Source: Patescibacteria group bacterium
GTDB taxonomy: Bacteria > Patescibacteriota > JAHJAL01
Reading direction: 5' to 3'
Length of the DNA stretch: 64,000 nucleotides
NCBI GenBank assembly: GCA_049322675.1
Contig: JBMORM010000009.1
Span: 222,132 to 286,131, forward strand
Shown here: piece after piece, positions 63,347 through 64,000 of the stretch
Layout of the letters: every line of letters starts with the position of its first letter
Numbering within the stretch: position 1 is the first letter of the stretch
The notes under the pieces: model-generated
What the model was told of the DNA's origin: nothing
What the model saw: the letters and a program-made list of their open reading frames with translations, nothing else
Databases searched by the model: none
Program-made: the position numbers and the translations under genes

Positions 63347-64000
63347 TCAGATCTGTTCGGCGAATTTTTTTTGTTGGGTTTGGAAGAGAAAGAGGCCAGT
63401 GACGAAGATTAGCAAGACTAGGGCAAACTGCGGCCAGGGGTAATACCAGTTTGGTTGATGGGAGAAATCCAGAAAGACGGCGCGGAAATCGGTGATGATC
63501 TGAGCGAGGGGATTTAGCATAACCAAGTTTAGATATTGCGCCGGAATGAGGCTGAGAGCATAGATGATCGGAGTCAGATAAAATAAAATTTGCAAAAATA
63601 ACTCCCAGATATAGTTGAAGTCACGCCAATAAACAAACAGAACAGACAAAATCAAAGCGGAGCCGAAGCTCAATAGCCACAATTCAAGGATATAGAAGAC
63701 AATCAAAAACGTTTTGGCTTGAAAAACATCAACTTGAAAATAGGACATGAGCAGGATTAAAACAAGGAGGTTGAAAAATAAGTTGATCAAAGCGTTCAAG
63801 GAAGTAACAATGACGACAATGATACGCGGAAAATAGATTTTTTTGATCAAATGGCTTTTGCTGACTACCGCTTGCATACCGTTGGTAGTGGTTTCAGCAA
63901 AAAAACTCCAAAGCATGATGCCGATCAGGAGATAATTGGCAAAATTTTCGATATTACCGCCGAGTTTGAGCATTTTGCCGAAAACGATGTAGAGCACCAG
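63347..64000 (-). CDS. wzm: ABC-2 type polysaccharide-export permease (Wzm/TagG-like). It is 5'-truncated, so the N-terminus lies beyond the window end.
   Basis: Multi-TM protein. …VFGKMLKLGGNIENFANYLLIGIMLWSFF… corresponds to the post-TM1 conserved region of ABC-2 permeases, implying about 50 missing N-terminal residues. The stop is at 63347. Confidence 0.7.
   Translation of the reverse strand: MVLYIVFGKMLKLGGNIENFANYLLIGIMLWSFFAETTTNGMQAVVSKSHLIKKIYFPRIIVVIVTSLNALINLFFNLLVLILLMSYFQVDVFQAKTFLIVFYILELWLLSFGSALILSVLFVYWRDFNYIWELFLQILFYLTPIIYALSLIPAQYLNLVMLNPLAQIITDFRAVFLDFSHQPNWYYPWPQFALVLLIFVTGLFLFQTQQKKFAEQI

Noticed and set aside
1-64000. tRNA, rRNA, transposase/integrase or toxin-antitoxin genes.
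   Set aside because: Intergenic space is minimal and the longest gaps are filled by the heptamer element, promoter and terminators. No cloverleaf-like GTTC/TΨC motifs, IS terminal-repeat plus transposase pairs, or small paired ORFs were seen.

Overview
This is a low-GC (about 38-40% by eye) bacterial window using the standard genetic code (TGA/TAA stops). It has two parts. About 81% of it (nt 2-52021, + strand) is five consecutive giant genes (1542+ aa, 3304 aa, about 2303 aa, 3624 aa, about 6440 aa). All five encode paralogous modular extracellular proteins built from about 23 LamG/concanavalin-A-like lectin modules plus other domains. All five share a conserved C-terminal module of about 300 aa, and three share an N-terminal module. 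The other domains are DUF2341, right-handed beta-helix repeats, a GH43/GH130-like beta-propeller, a CBM4/9-like domain, a DUF1566 (Lcl-C) insert, an F5/8 discoidin insert, CHB_HEX_C-like and FN3-like modules, and a novel four-cysteine module of about 100 aa repeated in tandem about 20 times in the last gene. Four of the five giant proteins have an N-terminal signal peptide or membrane anchor; the fifth is 5'-truncated. Downstream on the + strand are a cofactor-independent phosphoglycerate mutase (gpmI) with a clean intrinsic terminator, a monocistronic orphan receiver-like protein, and a tiny membrane ORF. The 3' end (55186-64000, mostly - strand) is an ABC-transporter-dependent glycan cluster: wzm (partial), a Ham1-like gene, wzt with a C-terminal carbohydrate-binding domain, three SAM methyltransferases, a GT2, and a 1000-aa kinase-like/GT4/GT2 fusion. 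I found no rRNA, tRNA, CRISPR or transposase genes. Two intergenic regions share a TTTCCAA/TTGGAAA heptamer element; in the first it has perfect 16-bp terminal inverted repeats. The overall picture fits a CPR/Patescibacteria-like or similar small-genome organism that invests heavily in a variable lectin-rich surface proteome, but I cannot assign taxonomy from sequence alone. Domain calls come from motif recognition by eye; no searches were run.
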